A DNA stretch of 58,669 nucleotides from contig NC_068988.1 in assembly GCF_001194135.2 (NCBI RefSeq), forward strand, positions 1,147,259 to 1,205,927, given 5' to 3'. Shown here piece after piece: positions 38,768 to 52,353 of the stretch. Source of the stretch: Octopus bimaculoides (Eukaryota). The translations under genes and the position numbers were made by a program. Under the pieces are notes generated by a model, which saw nothing but the letters and a program-made list of their open reading frames with translations, made no database searches and was not told the DNA's origin. How positions within the stretch are numbered: position 1 is the first letter of the stretch; each line of letters opens with the position of its first letter.

Positions 38768-39208
38768 CATCATTTAAGCATCCACTTCTCCATGTTTACA
38801 CGGGTCAAATGAAATTGATTGAGGCAGATCATCCAATCCCAGATGACCTTCCTGTTGACAACCCTCACCTGTTTCCAAGCAAAGTAATATTTCCTTTATT
38901 CTGAACAGTACAATGACCAGACATGTCTTCATGGAAGACTGCAAACAAATGACACTGCTGGTACAACGGTGATGTTTGCTATTGCAACTATTGCACAATG
39001 TCAAGATGAGGCGATACAAGCACACACACACACACACATATATGCATATACACAACAGGCTTCTTTCAGTTTCCATCAACCAAATACACTCACAAGGCTA
39101 TCGTCAGCTCTGGATTACAATAGAAGACACTTGCCCAAAGTATTACACAGTGGGACAGAAGCCATAATCACATGATTAGGAAGTGAACTTTTTAACCACA
39201 CAGCCATG

Positions 39209-39245
<37 letters not shown>

Positions 39246-39917
39246 TCACTGGTTCAAGTAGTCATCAAAATTCTGCTCACCAATCACATTCATGCGGAAG
39301 GGTGTGATATTTCTGAAGTAGTTTCCTTCAGCCAAAAAAATGGAAAACAGAGAAGGAAACGTATAGCATGTGGTAGTACGTGATGAGAGGAGTTATTTTG
39401 AGAATCTTGAAAGTCATGAGATTTGATGAAAAATGGAGAAACAAGACTCTTAAATGGGAGATACTTTGAGTTGTTTGCGGCTTCTGCAGTTAAAGAGTCT
39501 CTGAAATGTGTCAGAAAACCAATGTCTCTAATAAAGTAACTCAATAATGGCTGTTCAAGACAATCGGATGTTAAAAACTATGCTTCATATGGGGTGCAGC
39601 AGAGAAAGGCTTCCCTGTTTCATACACAGACCAAAGCCGTGTGAGTGGATATGGGAGATGAAAACTGAAAAAAATCCCGTCGTGTGTGTGTGTGTTTGTG
39701 TGACTATGTTTGTCCCCACTACCATCACTTGACAACGAATGTTGGTGTGTTTACATCCCTATAACTTGGTGGTTCGGCAAAAGACACCAATAGAATAAGT
39801 ACTAGGCTTACAAAGAATAAATCCTTGAGTTGATTTTTTCAACTAAAGGCAGTGCTCCAGCATGGCTGCAGTCAAATGACAAACAAGTAAAAGAATAAAA
39901 GAGTATGCATATGTATG

Positions 39918-39970
<53 letters not shown>

Positions 39971-41536
39971 ACATGTAAATTTGATAAAAAGGATAACAAA
40001 CACCATGTTAGAATTATGAAATCATTAAGCAATTTTTAATTTTTGATTTTTAATAATTCTAACATATATGACTTGAGATGTCTTGCTTTAGTGTTTGTTA
40101 TCCTTTTTAACAAATCTATATCCACTATATCAGAAATCTGCAATAGTTCCATAGTTCCATAACTTCCATCTCGGTAACGAGCTTGGAACCCTGGTAATCC
40201 GTACCAGCACTTACTCAGCACACCTATCCATTTAGATCACCTGTGAACTAAATCCCCATATTTTGTATATATGTACATATATAAAATATATGTATTGTGT
40301 GTGTGTGTGCACGCACACATGTGTGTATGTGTGTGTGAAGTTAACATGACAGGAGTGACAGAGTTCTGGTAAAAGATGGATTTCTGAAAGCAATGGAGTA
40401 AAACATGTATTGCATCTTGGTCAGAACAATTCTATGGATGCATTATTCTAAGAGTCTTATCAAGACATTCACATAGATTCAAAGAAAAAAGAGAAAAACG
40501 TTACTGAGATTAATTGTTAATTAAAAAAAACAAAATTCAAATAAATACCAGTTGCGTACTGAGGTGGATGTAATTGACTAACCCCCTCACTCAAATTTCA
40601 GGTATTGTGCTAAAAACAGAAACAAGTGTTGTTGTTAGTTTTCTTCTCATCATTCTATTTGTTTTTGTATTTGTTTCAAGAACAACTTGTGTTCAGAGGG
40701 GAAACCCCTTCCAGCAAACCAGGAAACTCCTAAATCCAGCCATTCTGTATCTACCCTGCAACTCTCTGTTACAGTGAATGAAGTAAGGGAGATTTCCCCA
40801 ACAGAAACTAATCCACTCCAGGTTAGCAGGTTTAATGACAGCACAGATATTAAAGCAGAGAGCTAAACTTTCTCCCCAGTAACCATGCCAACAATAACAG
40901 ATGAGAATAGAGGAGAAACCCCCAAATAAAAATACTTCCAACCATCAGAGTAAATATGGAATGAAGCCAGTGGAAACACAACCACCTAAATTGACAATGC
41001 TCAACCAGATTGGCAACTTTTCAGTAAACAGTACCATTTTTTTCTTTTTTGGTTCTTTGTTCATCAAATCATAGATGTATATACAATTTTTTTGTTGCTT
41101 TTTGTATAATACACTCAGGCTATTTCTTCCTACTCGTAAAAAACAAGTATTAAGTTACAATGTAATAAATGCTGCTGTTGTACTTTCACTGTTATCAAAT
41201 GAGATTCTATCAAGTTTAACAAGAATAAACGATGGAAAGTAGTTTCCCACCTTTGGGGGGGGGGGGGGAATTTTGCTCAAAGGACAAAAAATTTGTATAT
41301 ATATATTAAAACTCCACCGTTGGATGGTTTGGAAAATACATTCCATGGCTGGATGCCCTTCCTATCACCAATTCTCATTCATTTCAAAGAAAGGCATTTC
41401 CCCATGGTTTGTTTTGGCAAGATATGGGAAATGAATTGCATGCGATGTCAAGGCAATGAGACACAAACCTATACACACTCACATATGCATGCATATGTAC
41501 ACACACACACACTCATTATAGATATATATATATATA

Positions 41537-41725
41537 TACTGTAAATCCTCGAGTATAATCCGCACATTTTTCCCAAAATTTAAAGGTCAAAATTTCTTGT
41601 GCGTACGATATACGAGGTTAAAAATGAAAAATATTTTCTAAGCAAAATTTTCTAAGTGATAAATATGTAAAGGCAATTTACTTAATATTTAATTCACTGC
41701 GTATTATACTCAAGGATTTACGGTA
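41537..41725. mobile_element. Tc1/mariner/pogo-type MITE
   Basis: 28-bp TIR TACTGTAAATCCTCGAGTATAATCCGCA versus reverse complement TACCGTAAATCCTTGAGTATAATACGCA (25/28), within (TA)n. Confidence 0.8.
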
Positions 41726-43292
41726 TATATCATCATCATCCAGTGTTTTAAATCTGGGTTATGTTCCCATTAACAAGGGTGGCTGGATCTATTTCAATGC
41801 CATAGCAACCGAGGTAGGCAAGTGCATCTTTGGGCTGGCCGGTGCCCATTCTCCTTTGCCATCATGAAGCCTTCTCGGAGGTGGATTTTCTACGGGGAGC
41901 ATGCCTTTGCTTACCACCAACCTCAGTTTCTAGACATGAGTGGTCCCAAGACCAAGGCCTCTACTACAGTTTTTAAGAAATGTGGTGGGAAACTAGCTCA
42001 GGAAGGCAGGGACGTATTTCCTGGGACCCCTTTCGGAGACCCCCACTACCTATATATATATATATATATTTATTATATCCACTATCTGAATGTGATCAAT
42101 GCCAGGCCCGCCTAACTGGCCCCTGTGCCGGTGGCATGTAAAAAGCACCCACTACACTCTCAAAATGGTTGGTGTTAGGATGGGCATCCAGCTGTAGAAA
42201 CTTTGCCAGATCAGACTGGAGTCTGGTGTAGTCGCTGGCTCTCCAGACCTCAGTCAAACTGTCAAACCCATGTGTTTGGTTCCCAGTGTTGGTTTGTTTA
42301 CTTCTCCATAACTTAGAGGTTCAGTAGAAGTGAGTGAGAGAAGAAATGCTACACCTGAAAAGAAAAATAAGCCCTGGGGTTGAATTGTTTAACTAAAAAC
42401 CCTTCAAGGTGATGCCCCAGTATGGCCCCAGTCAAATGAGTGGACCAAATTAAAGGAGATTAATTTAGCACATTATCTGAGGCAAATCTTTCCTCTTATC
42501 CACTCAACTCTACCTAAACTAGGCCCGATAGCTGGTGCTACACCTCTCTATCATCTTCAGATTGATTGGTTAATTAAATATTTCGCTGGTTAGGTATTTA
42601 TTTAATTGTGTAAACTGTCACAAGAGTAACCAGACAAACTAGGCATGACTCATAAAACCAAACTAACCAGAGTTGAGGGTAGGTTAGTGTAGAAAGTTTA
42701 AAGAGTTGTAGCTGTAGAGCCAGATTAATGACGAATTAATGGTACTGTGGAAGAACAATGGCCTTAGAACTAACGATCAAGCCTGACTTTCCAGGGTTAA
42801 TTAAAAAAGAATTTATAGTAAGTAGTTCCTGATACAATCAACATACGAAAGTTAAGACTGTACTGAATAAACACTCTCCGGAATTAGTTTTAAAACAAAT
42901 GAATTAAATTCAGGTTTGGTTGAATGATTAAGAGGTTCGCTTCAGCACCACAAGGTTTTAGTTACAATCCCACTGCACAGCATTTTCAGCAAGTATCTTC
43001 TACTATAGCCCAAGGCCAATTAATTCCTGGTGAATAAATCTAGTAAATGGAAACTGTACTGAAGCCTCCTATCATATGTGAGTAGTTTTTACATGAACTT
43101 TGTCCTATTTTCTGAAGATAACACATATCTTTAGAAATATAAACAAATAAAATAAATGCCTTTCTACAATGTAGAAATCTTTTCGAAACAAGTCTCAGCA
43201 TGAAATGAAAGACCAAACAATTTCATTTTGCCAACTTTCTTCTACCCAATTACAGGAATCTAATAATTAACAAAAAATAATATACAATATAC

Positions 43293-43344
<52 letters not shown>

Positions 43345-44434
43345 TATATATATATATATATATATGTATATGTATATATAAATACATGCACACACACACA
43401 TATATATGTACAAACACACATGTATATATAAACACACACACACGTGTATATATAAATACACACATATGTGTATATATAAACACACACACATGTATATATA
43501 AATACACACACACACATATATACACACACACACACAAAACATTTTGGAGACCACATATTTCCAATGAATATCTGGAAGCGTAAGAACCACCAATTGCACT
43601 GTCGATTCCTTGAAATTCTCACTTCTCACCCCTATTATCTTTCTAACTACATTTTCAAAGATCTCCTCCCTACAACTACTGTCAGATATTCTATTTCTAA
43701 ACACAGACAGCTTTTGACAGATTTTTAAAGAATAAAGGGAAAATGGGGGACAGCAGTCCTTATAAGCTATAATGCAATAACATCCTAAAATTAAAAAAAA
43801 ACCCACAAATCAAAAAGCAAACAAATTTTGAGTCAGTGACCCCTGATCCCAATATGTTGATAATCTTTGATTCTCTTCCAAAAAAGTTTGATTATTTTGT
43901 GTTGGAGTTATCTAAGTATACTCTCTCATTACATATCATTCTTAAGATCAGTTTTCCCCTAATTAAACCAATTCCTGTGAATTGGTTCCCTCATAACAAT
44001 TCACACACACACACACACACACACCCGGTACTTCTATAGCCTTGCAGTAATAAATGACACAGAACCATCACCATTAAACGCCTGTCTTCCATGCTGCCAT
44101 GGGTCAAACGGTTTGACAAGACTTGGCAAACCAGAGAACTTTACTGAGCTTCTGTGTCTGCCTTGGCATAGTTTCTATGGCCAGACACCCTTCCTAACGC
44201 CAACCACTTGTGATTGGTATTCTTTTTCATGGCACCAGCATCAGTGAGGTCAGTAAATAAGTTGCAAGACAAGATTCTTCAAGTGAGAATGAGCCTAGCA
44301 CTGAGGGAGGTGGCTTTGAGCCCAGTGTTAAGAGGTTGAAGTATGACGAGGGGACAGGAAGAGAAGATTTGCTGAAGAGGTGAATGCATGGCTTCCATAG
44401 CTGGAAGGATGAGGAGAGAGGTGGTGAGGGTGTA

Positions 44435-44484
<50 letters not shown>

Positions 44485-44879
44485 GGAAGAGACGATGAGA
44501 AAGGGTGAGTGCGTTTGTGAGAGTGTGAAAGGAGAGAGGCAGATGATGGGAGGTGAGGAGAGAGGTGGACACAAGGAATGACAAGGAATGAAGGCACGAT
44601 CAATGGTGAAAGTCAGTTTATGGAGGGCTGAGGGGAAGGAATAATAAATTCAGTTTTAAGTTGAAATCTGGGGAAACAAAAAGTTCTGCGCATGAACATA
44701 AAAATAAATTCAATGGAAACACACATAAAAAAAAAATTATTTGAACCCCAAAAACTTGATATGAGTTGTTTCAATTTAAAACCAAAAGGGTGAGCAGTTA
44801 GTTTCTGACTAGAAAAAGAAGTTGGATTCCAAGTGAAGCATAGAACAGACTTACAGAGAATCGTATAAAATGAACTAAC

Positions 44880-47240
44880 CTGATTCATTTTCTTCTGATA
44901 TTGGCTGAATTCCACTCTGATTCCACCAACCACTGCTAGAATTATCAGAGTCATTAGGAAATGTCTGTGACATTACTCCACCTGACCAATCATTTGGAGT
45001 GTTAACTTCTCGGATGCGTTGTGGCAAATTTAGGCTGGTAGGCCGCTTTGATTTCAACAAAGAAGATGCAGTAACAGAAGCACCGGTTGAAGGGCTCCAA
45101 GAATGGGGTCGTACTGCTCCAGACCCAGATGACACTGTAGCTGATGGTGATAGGGTTGTGTCTGACAGTGAAGAATGTGACTCTGTCGAAGACACATGTA
45201 TAGAATCTACACAAGTCTCTGGTTGATTATTTAAATCAAGTTCTTTTTGGTCTTCTCGAATTTCACTATTCTCTTCTACAGAGCTGATATTTTCTTCAGC
45301 GCCATCTTTCTGTAAACTGTCACAAGGCAATAAATGAACAACATCACAGTTATGCTGAGGAGATTTGGGACTGTTTTCGATTTCAGTATCATTTTCAAGG
45401 CGTTGTTTAATGTCCATATTGTTCAACTTGTGTTGAAGCGGACTTAATAGCTGTTGAGTTATTGATTTCTGATTCCCTGTCGCTGGTGTGTCTGATGTGG
45501 CATCAGGAAAGCCGTTGGATGCAGAATCTTTACATTTGTCTTCATCAGAGACAGGACTTGAAATGTGTGCAACGGTGGCAGCAGCGAATGGTGTGTCCAA
45601 ACACACTTTAGACAAACCTAAGAGGCTGTTGGGCCGTGCTAATTTCGGTAAAGTGGGTTCTTTAGGTCGAGCGCCAAGTGTAGAAGATTGATGGCATTCT
45701 GTAAATGATGAATTTAAACCATTTTCTACAGGGGAACTTGGGAAACCATTCTCAATAGGTTCACAACTTTCTGAACTAACATATGTTGGAGAAGGAAAAC
45801 CATTTTCTGCAGAATTATTAGGTAAATCTGAATCAGCAACATACAGAGTATCGTGTCCAAAGTTCTCTGATTGGAAATCAGAATTGCTTTTAGAAATGTC
45901 TACAGAATTCCATTCCTCATTTGTTATATGAGCAGCAGTATCACTTGATAAATCCATAGGTTTATCCAAGTTTTCTGACATTACAGACTCATTAGGTAGG
46001 ACACCGTTGCCAAGTACTTCAGGGAGCTCCATAGGGGAGCCAGACATTTCAGAATGCACATGACACTCAGCTTCAACTAATACTCCAGACGGATTCACAG
46101 ACAAAGGGATTGGTTCACTTGAACAGCACTTTTCAAGATATTCTTCCATATCTTCGTCTTCGTTATCTATAGAATCAAAGCCAACAACCTCTTGGAAGTT
46201 TGTTTCACTACTGCCAATAGTAAATGGCACCAAGTTGTCACAATCGTTTGTGTCAAGGGTCCGAGAGGAATCATCTGTTGGGTTATCATCTATGTCATAA
46301 CTCAAATTCTGACTGGGCAAGGCATTGGGTTCAGTTATGTCCATATCAGGCAGGTTTTCTTGACTGTTCTGCATGGAATCAGACAAATTGTTCAAGCACA
46401 CTGCAGACATATCCTCAACTTTTCTTATCACAATATCGTTATTTTCATACATGGGTTCTTCCTGAGAGTTTGATAGTTCATTACGGTCGGATGCAGTCCA
46501 GACACTGCTACCAACGGATCCGTCGTCTTTAACACCAGTAACAGTGTCTGTTTGGCTGCTTGTTACAGAAGCATTCTCTAGACATTGTTTATCACAAATA
46601 GCAACACATTCAACAGAGTCTTCTACCACAGACATTTCATTCTTTGCATCCAGATCATTAGCTGAGGTTTTTTTACCAATTTCCGATTTCATACATGACT
46701 GGTCATTTTCACGGCTTTTTGCCAAATTCAAATTCACACGGCGTGGTATAAACGCCTCTGTTTTTATAATAATGTCATCAAGAGGAGTTGTAAGTTCAAG
46801 GGGCTGAGTTTCTTGAAAAGGTCGTTTATCTTGTAAATCTTGACTAGTTTTCTCTTTCACCTCACTTCCATTTTCAAATTTCTCGTTACTTATTTCTATT
46901 GAAGACGACGTAATGTTTGCATTTAAACCATTCTGAAAATTGAGTTTTTGTTCATTATGAACGGACACAACAGAAGTTGGCGTCTGAAGGTTGCATTCTT
47001 TTTGAAAGACAGAAAAATTAGCTTCTGCAATGTCAAATTTATGGGCAGCTTCATAAGGCATATCATAGGCAATGTTGGTAGGGCCCGAGGAGGCAGGCTG
47101 ATCGACTATTTGGTGAGAACCACTGATAGAACCAAAACCTCTACTGTACAACTGCCAATGACTGTCCGGCTGAGTCGGTAAGTACTGATCATAACCACTC
47201 AGCTTGTTTTCACAACTTGGCACCAATGCAGACGCTTTCT
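44880..47240 (-). CDS. ZFYVE9: SARA large exon (2361 nt, phase 1-1), acidic Ser-rich disordered N-terminal region
   Basis: Lies in the 827-aa ORF 44875..47358. Acceptor tttctatttccag|AGAAAG at 47240; donor TCAG|GTTAGT at 44880. Splices in frame to the next exon (ES+G|GG VENASQE). Confidence 0.88.
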
Positions 47241-50200
47241 CTGGAAATAGAAAACAAAGTTTTACTGGAAACGTGCAACAGTTACAAGAACAAAAAGAAG
47301 CAAACAATATTTTTGGTGATGAAATATGAACATTTTTATTATAACCTGATATAGACAAAAGATAAAGTTGTTTTAACTCTTCTAAAAAGACGGGGTGGAG
47401 TAAAACATTTATTCTTTTAATACCATACCCCTAGTGCTATATATAATGCAAACTCCCTGTTTTAAAGTGATCTAAATTAAAACCATGCATCAAAATTTCA
47501 TAATTGTTCAATCCAAATTTCAGCTTAATTGAGACAAATTTAATTTACCACGTTCTTCATTATTTTTGAAATTAATTGAAATAAAGGCAGTGTACTTCAA
47601 TGAAAATAAAGTAACAAAAGGGTTAATTACATTTAATTAAATTTCTGAATTTTACATAAATCTGCATAACAAAAATGTCTACATTGGCATTATTTTATGA
47701 CATCTAACTCCAAGACATTGCAAAGGATATTTCTGACCAAAACTAGTTGTGTAGAATTTCTACAGGATGAAGAATGACTGTAAGATTAGGGAAATTGAAT
47801 TTTTTTTTTTTTAATGTTGAAAGGCAAACAATAGAAAAAACAGGTACTGAACCACATTTGGTAGTAAGGAACTTTTCAAGTTTGGTTTCTAATACTAGCA
47901 TGCTTATTATTTTCAACTTTGAGATAAGTGAATAAAACAAACTAAAATTAGGTCTGACAGATAATCCAATGTGATAAAACTAGCTGTGAGAAGAATTAAA
48001 GAACTTTATATATAGGAGTTATATGATGATGATGATGATGTGTGTGTGTGTGTGTATACACACACACACACACACATATATATAGTTCAATATAATACAG
48101 AAAATCAAAATACAGAGACAGGCAAGGGAATGACAAACAAGGTGTATTAGTTTGATGCTCAGGAAAAAATGGAAGTCTTTTACATTTTGAGTCTATGCTC
48201 TTCAACAGAAAGGAATGAGGAAAGAATACATTGGAGAGAGGAAAAAATGGAGAGCAAAAACACATGTCTGGATTAACCATTGCACATGTTGAATGTCTAA
48301 TGTGTTTGTCATAATCATTATCATTTAACATCCCCTTCTTTTTGATGCTGGAATAGTATTATAGTGGAAATGGGACAAGTATGGGGAGTTGTGTATCGAT
48401 TGTTGTAGAGTCGAACGCGTTCTCAGCGTTAAGTGTCAGTCGTGTGTTATAGTCGAGCTCAAGTCAGATTCAAGGCAGACAGTGCAAATTCGGTGTCTTG
48501 CAGAACTATCAGCAATAGCACAATAGACGAAGTGGTGTATTACCATTTTGGTATAGAAGAGATACACTGTATCCAATACCAAGAAAATATCGTGGCTACC
48601 AAAGTAGATACAAAACTTACAACTATAACAGTGGAAAACACATCATCATAAAAAATGGGTTGGACAGTTTGACATGAACAGATGAGGTAGAGGGCTGCAT
48701 GTAGCTCCAGCATCTGCTTTGGCAGGGTTTCTACAGCTGGATGCCCTTCCTAACACCAACCACTCCAAGAGTATACTGGGTGTCTTTTATGTGACACCAA
48801 CACTGGGGGACTCACCAAGTACTCGCAAAAACTGAGTAGGGTATAGTATTGAGGGATATGCAAGTATGGTAGAGAGACAGGAACAAGTGTCTTGCTGAAG
48901 AGGCGAATACACGGCTTCCCTATCGGGAAAGGTGTGTGTGTGTGTGTATTGAGAAAAGAGGAGGTCGTCGGAATTTTGGAAAAAGAATTTATACCCAAAG
49001 TATGAATTTAATTATATAATAACATCAGACACTGTACACCTGCACACAAGGATAAATGGAGCACTTTATGTCACATGTGGTACGACAGAAACCAATTTTC
49101 TTTTGTCCAAAGAAGCAACTAAGAAAGAACAAACATACAATTTATCTTCATAGTTACCATATTTTGTTTATTTATTATGTTTTTTGGGGGGAGGGGGGTG
49201 TTTTATAATTAACTGTATCGCAAAAAAAAAAACAATATTAAACTCTCATCACAATTACTATGAAATAGGACAAAAAATATTTCAAATCTAAACATCGGAA
49301 CCCTACACACTGGTTCTGAAAAGATTCTAGTTTATCACAGACTCAGAATGCTTTAAGAGCACTAACAGAACTGGGTTTGTTAACTCCTCTGATTTCAGAA
49401 GTTGCTCTGATTATGTTTGACGAGGAAAAAGAAACTGAAAATAGCAGCAGAATATACTAAATAAATAACAGTAAAAAAAAAAAAAGGCAATCAAATAAAA
49501 AAAAAGATGATATGGTTGGGTGAATTTCTTTTTTACAGATGCAGCAGTTGGGAGGCAGTTATAGAACAATTATATAATATATATATACGTATGTATGTAT
49601 GTATATTTCACTGTTGTATAACTACAGGTGAGTTATATAACAGTAGAATAAAGGGGTGGAGAAGCAAAACTGCTAATTGGTAAACAACTCAAAGATGAGA
49701 TATATGTTCACTGTAATAGTCATCTAAAAGAGGAACAGCATAACTAGATATTCTAGAAATGGTTTATAAATCATCATCATTATTATTATTATAACTGAAG
49801 TCAATGCAAAAAATAGAGAGCTAACGAGATGCACCATCATTCAATGCTTCACCTTTTCAGGTTCAAATCATAGCAGCTGTTTGCTTTTGTTTCTTTTTTA
49901 TCCTTCCATGAAGTGGTAAGAGATTCTTGGAACTACTCAACCAACAAGTTTATGCTTTTGTATCGAAGGGGAAAAAATGGCTTTTCAGCATTATGTAGTT
50001 GTTGTTACTGGTATGCTAGAAATAGTAACGATAATTATCATTATTTCGTTTTTGGATTGGGTTTGCAAGATTCTTTATGTGAGTTCGAGTGTTGAAGTAT
50101 ATTTTGTTGTGCCCAGGGAGAGTCATTCTCTTTTAATGCTTTCTTATTTAACACACTCACTGGTAAAGTTTCCACTCATTTACTCATTTATTTTTCTAAA

Positions 50201-51419
50201 ATTTTTGTTGTCTTGCAACCTTTTCAGTAGTTATATACACACACACACACACACACACTACAGGCTTTGATTGGCCTGAGGTAGAAGACACTGATTGGTA
50301 GAAGACACTTGCTCAAGGTACCACAAAGCGGGAATGAACCTGGAACCATATCGTTGGGAAGTAAGCTTCTTACCACACAGCCACTCCTCATTATTAAGGC
50401 AGCAAGCTGGCAGAAGTGTGAGAGCATCAAAACTAATGCCTTGCGATATTTGTTTGCTCCCTACGCTCTGAGTTCAAATCAAAACATGGTCAGCTTTGTT
50501 CAATAATCAAAAAAAAAAAAAAAAATAAGGAAATTAATTTGGAAAAATAATTGTTACTCAAAAAAAAGTAAGAAAATAACAAAACTCAAAAGTGAGATAA
50601 ATATATACAATAAAAATGAAAAGAGAGTAAGGTCTTGGAGCTTTGGAAGAATTTGAATGAAAAGAATTTTCAGAACTGGTTGAGGATATTGGAGGGGCAG
50701 GGACGACTCGGGGCCCTCCCCATTATCACTTCAAGACAGATGTAATTTGAAATAAAGTAGTTTATACTAAAAAATCTCTTTCCTTATACAAGCTCTAGTT
50801 TAAAAATACAGACAATCCTTTAATTTTACCCAACCTTTTCTTTTTTTCTTTTTCCAAAACCAAATAACAATAATAATAATAATAATTTCAAGTTTTGGCA
50901 AAAGGCCAACAATTTCAGGGTAGGGGCAAGAGTCGAATATGTCAACGCCCAGTACGCAACTGGTACTTCCTTTTGTCGCCCCAGAAAGGATGAAAGAAAA
51001 AGTCAACCTTTGGCAGAATTTGAACTCAGAATGTAAAGATGGATGAAATGCTGCCCAGCATGCCAACACTTCTGCCAGCTCACCACCTTAATAATAACAA
51101 CAACAACAACAACAACAACAATAAATATAAATCGATTGATAATGAAATCTGGGAGTAAAGCAAAAAAGAAATATTCCCCACCTTTGTCAAGAAAGACTAC
51201 TTCGTTGCACACCTGGCACTTTTACCAAAAACACGTTTCCATCAGTTCCATGGATCAATTTATTTCTTCTTCTCCCTTTCCTCACAAAGTCTGAAAGGAG
51301 ATGAACACCAGACTCCATACTGATTTCTTTTCCTTCCTTTCTTCTTCTCCATCATCATAGTTGGAAGTCAAGACTGACAGCTGAGCAGGTCTGACTCATC
51401 GGAACGAACCCCACCCACA

Positions 51420-51454
<35 letters not shown>

Positions 51455-52320
51455 ACCAGCCCTTACCTTTCTCAATCATCTCAGCTATTAACAATAACAA
51501 CAAAACAGAAAGGAGGGCAGCAGCAAAACCATCATCATCACCATCATCACTATCATTATAGTCATCATCATTAGCAGCAGCAGCAGCAGAGGTAAAAGAA
51601 TTACATGCTTCAGTGTTAATCAAGTGATTTGCTGAAACCTAAAAGACTGACAACAGACAGCTAATGGAATCTGCCTCACAATGGCCACGTGAGGAAAGAG
51701 ACAAACAAGCCCACTGTATACCCCCCACCACCGCACTAAATGGTAGCTGGAAGCTACTGGAGCCATATTAGAAACAGCCTTTCTTCACAACTGCTCCTTA
51801 TCCTCCTCTCCATCACATGCATCAAGCTGTTTTAAAAGAAATTACTTCAACCCAAAATGATTATGACAACTACGGAAGCTTTATCAAATTTTCGTTTATA
51901 AATTTCACCTTTAGAATATTTTATCTTTTACTTGTTCAAGTCATTAGACCACGGCCATGCTGCAGCACTACCCTGAGGAAATTTTTGTTGAATGAATCAA
52001 CCCCAGTATTTATATTTTTTTTTTAAGCCTCATTTTTACTCTATCTGTCTCTTTTGCCAAACTACCGAGTAATAGGGACATAAACAAACCAACACCAGTT
52101 GTCAAGAGGTGGTAGGTAACAACACACACACACACACAAGTGTGTGCATATGTATATAAGACAGGCTTCTTTAAGTTTCCATCAACCAAATCTACTCACA
52201 AGGCCTTGGTCGGCCCAAGGCTATAGTAGAAGACACTTGCCCAAAGTGCCATGCAGCAGGGCTGAACCCAGAACCATGTGGTTGGCAAGCAAGCCTCCTA
52301 CCACACAGCCACGTCTGCAC

Positions 52321-52353
<33 letters not shown>

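Larger units (their letters stand above)
1622..47240 (-). other. ZFYVE9: Span of identified coding exons of a SARA/endofin-family FYVE-domain gene (partial at both ends)
   Basis: Exons carry the FYVE start ([25 protein letters not shown]), the Smad-binding motif (SPNPNNPSEYCSTIPPLQQA), KQVIFSDGIRPGGDLTE and IPENGLPPVLL, in the order known for SARA. All boundaries are GT-AG with compatible phases except across the missing FYVE second-half exon. ZFYVE9 versus ZFYVE16 cannot be separated by eye; invertebrates usually have one co-orthologue. Confidence 0.93.

Noticed and set aside
43250-43806. ORFs rich in YI/CV/HT
   Set aside because: Translations of TA/CA microsatellites.
47241-47358. N-terminal 39 aa of the 827-aa ORF as the true protein start
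   Set aside because: It lies upstream of a good acceptor at 47240 and reads like an intronic pyrimidine tract (F/C/L-rich); the real start exon is probably further upstream.
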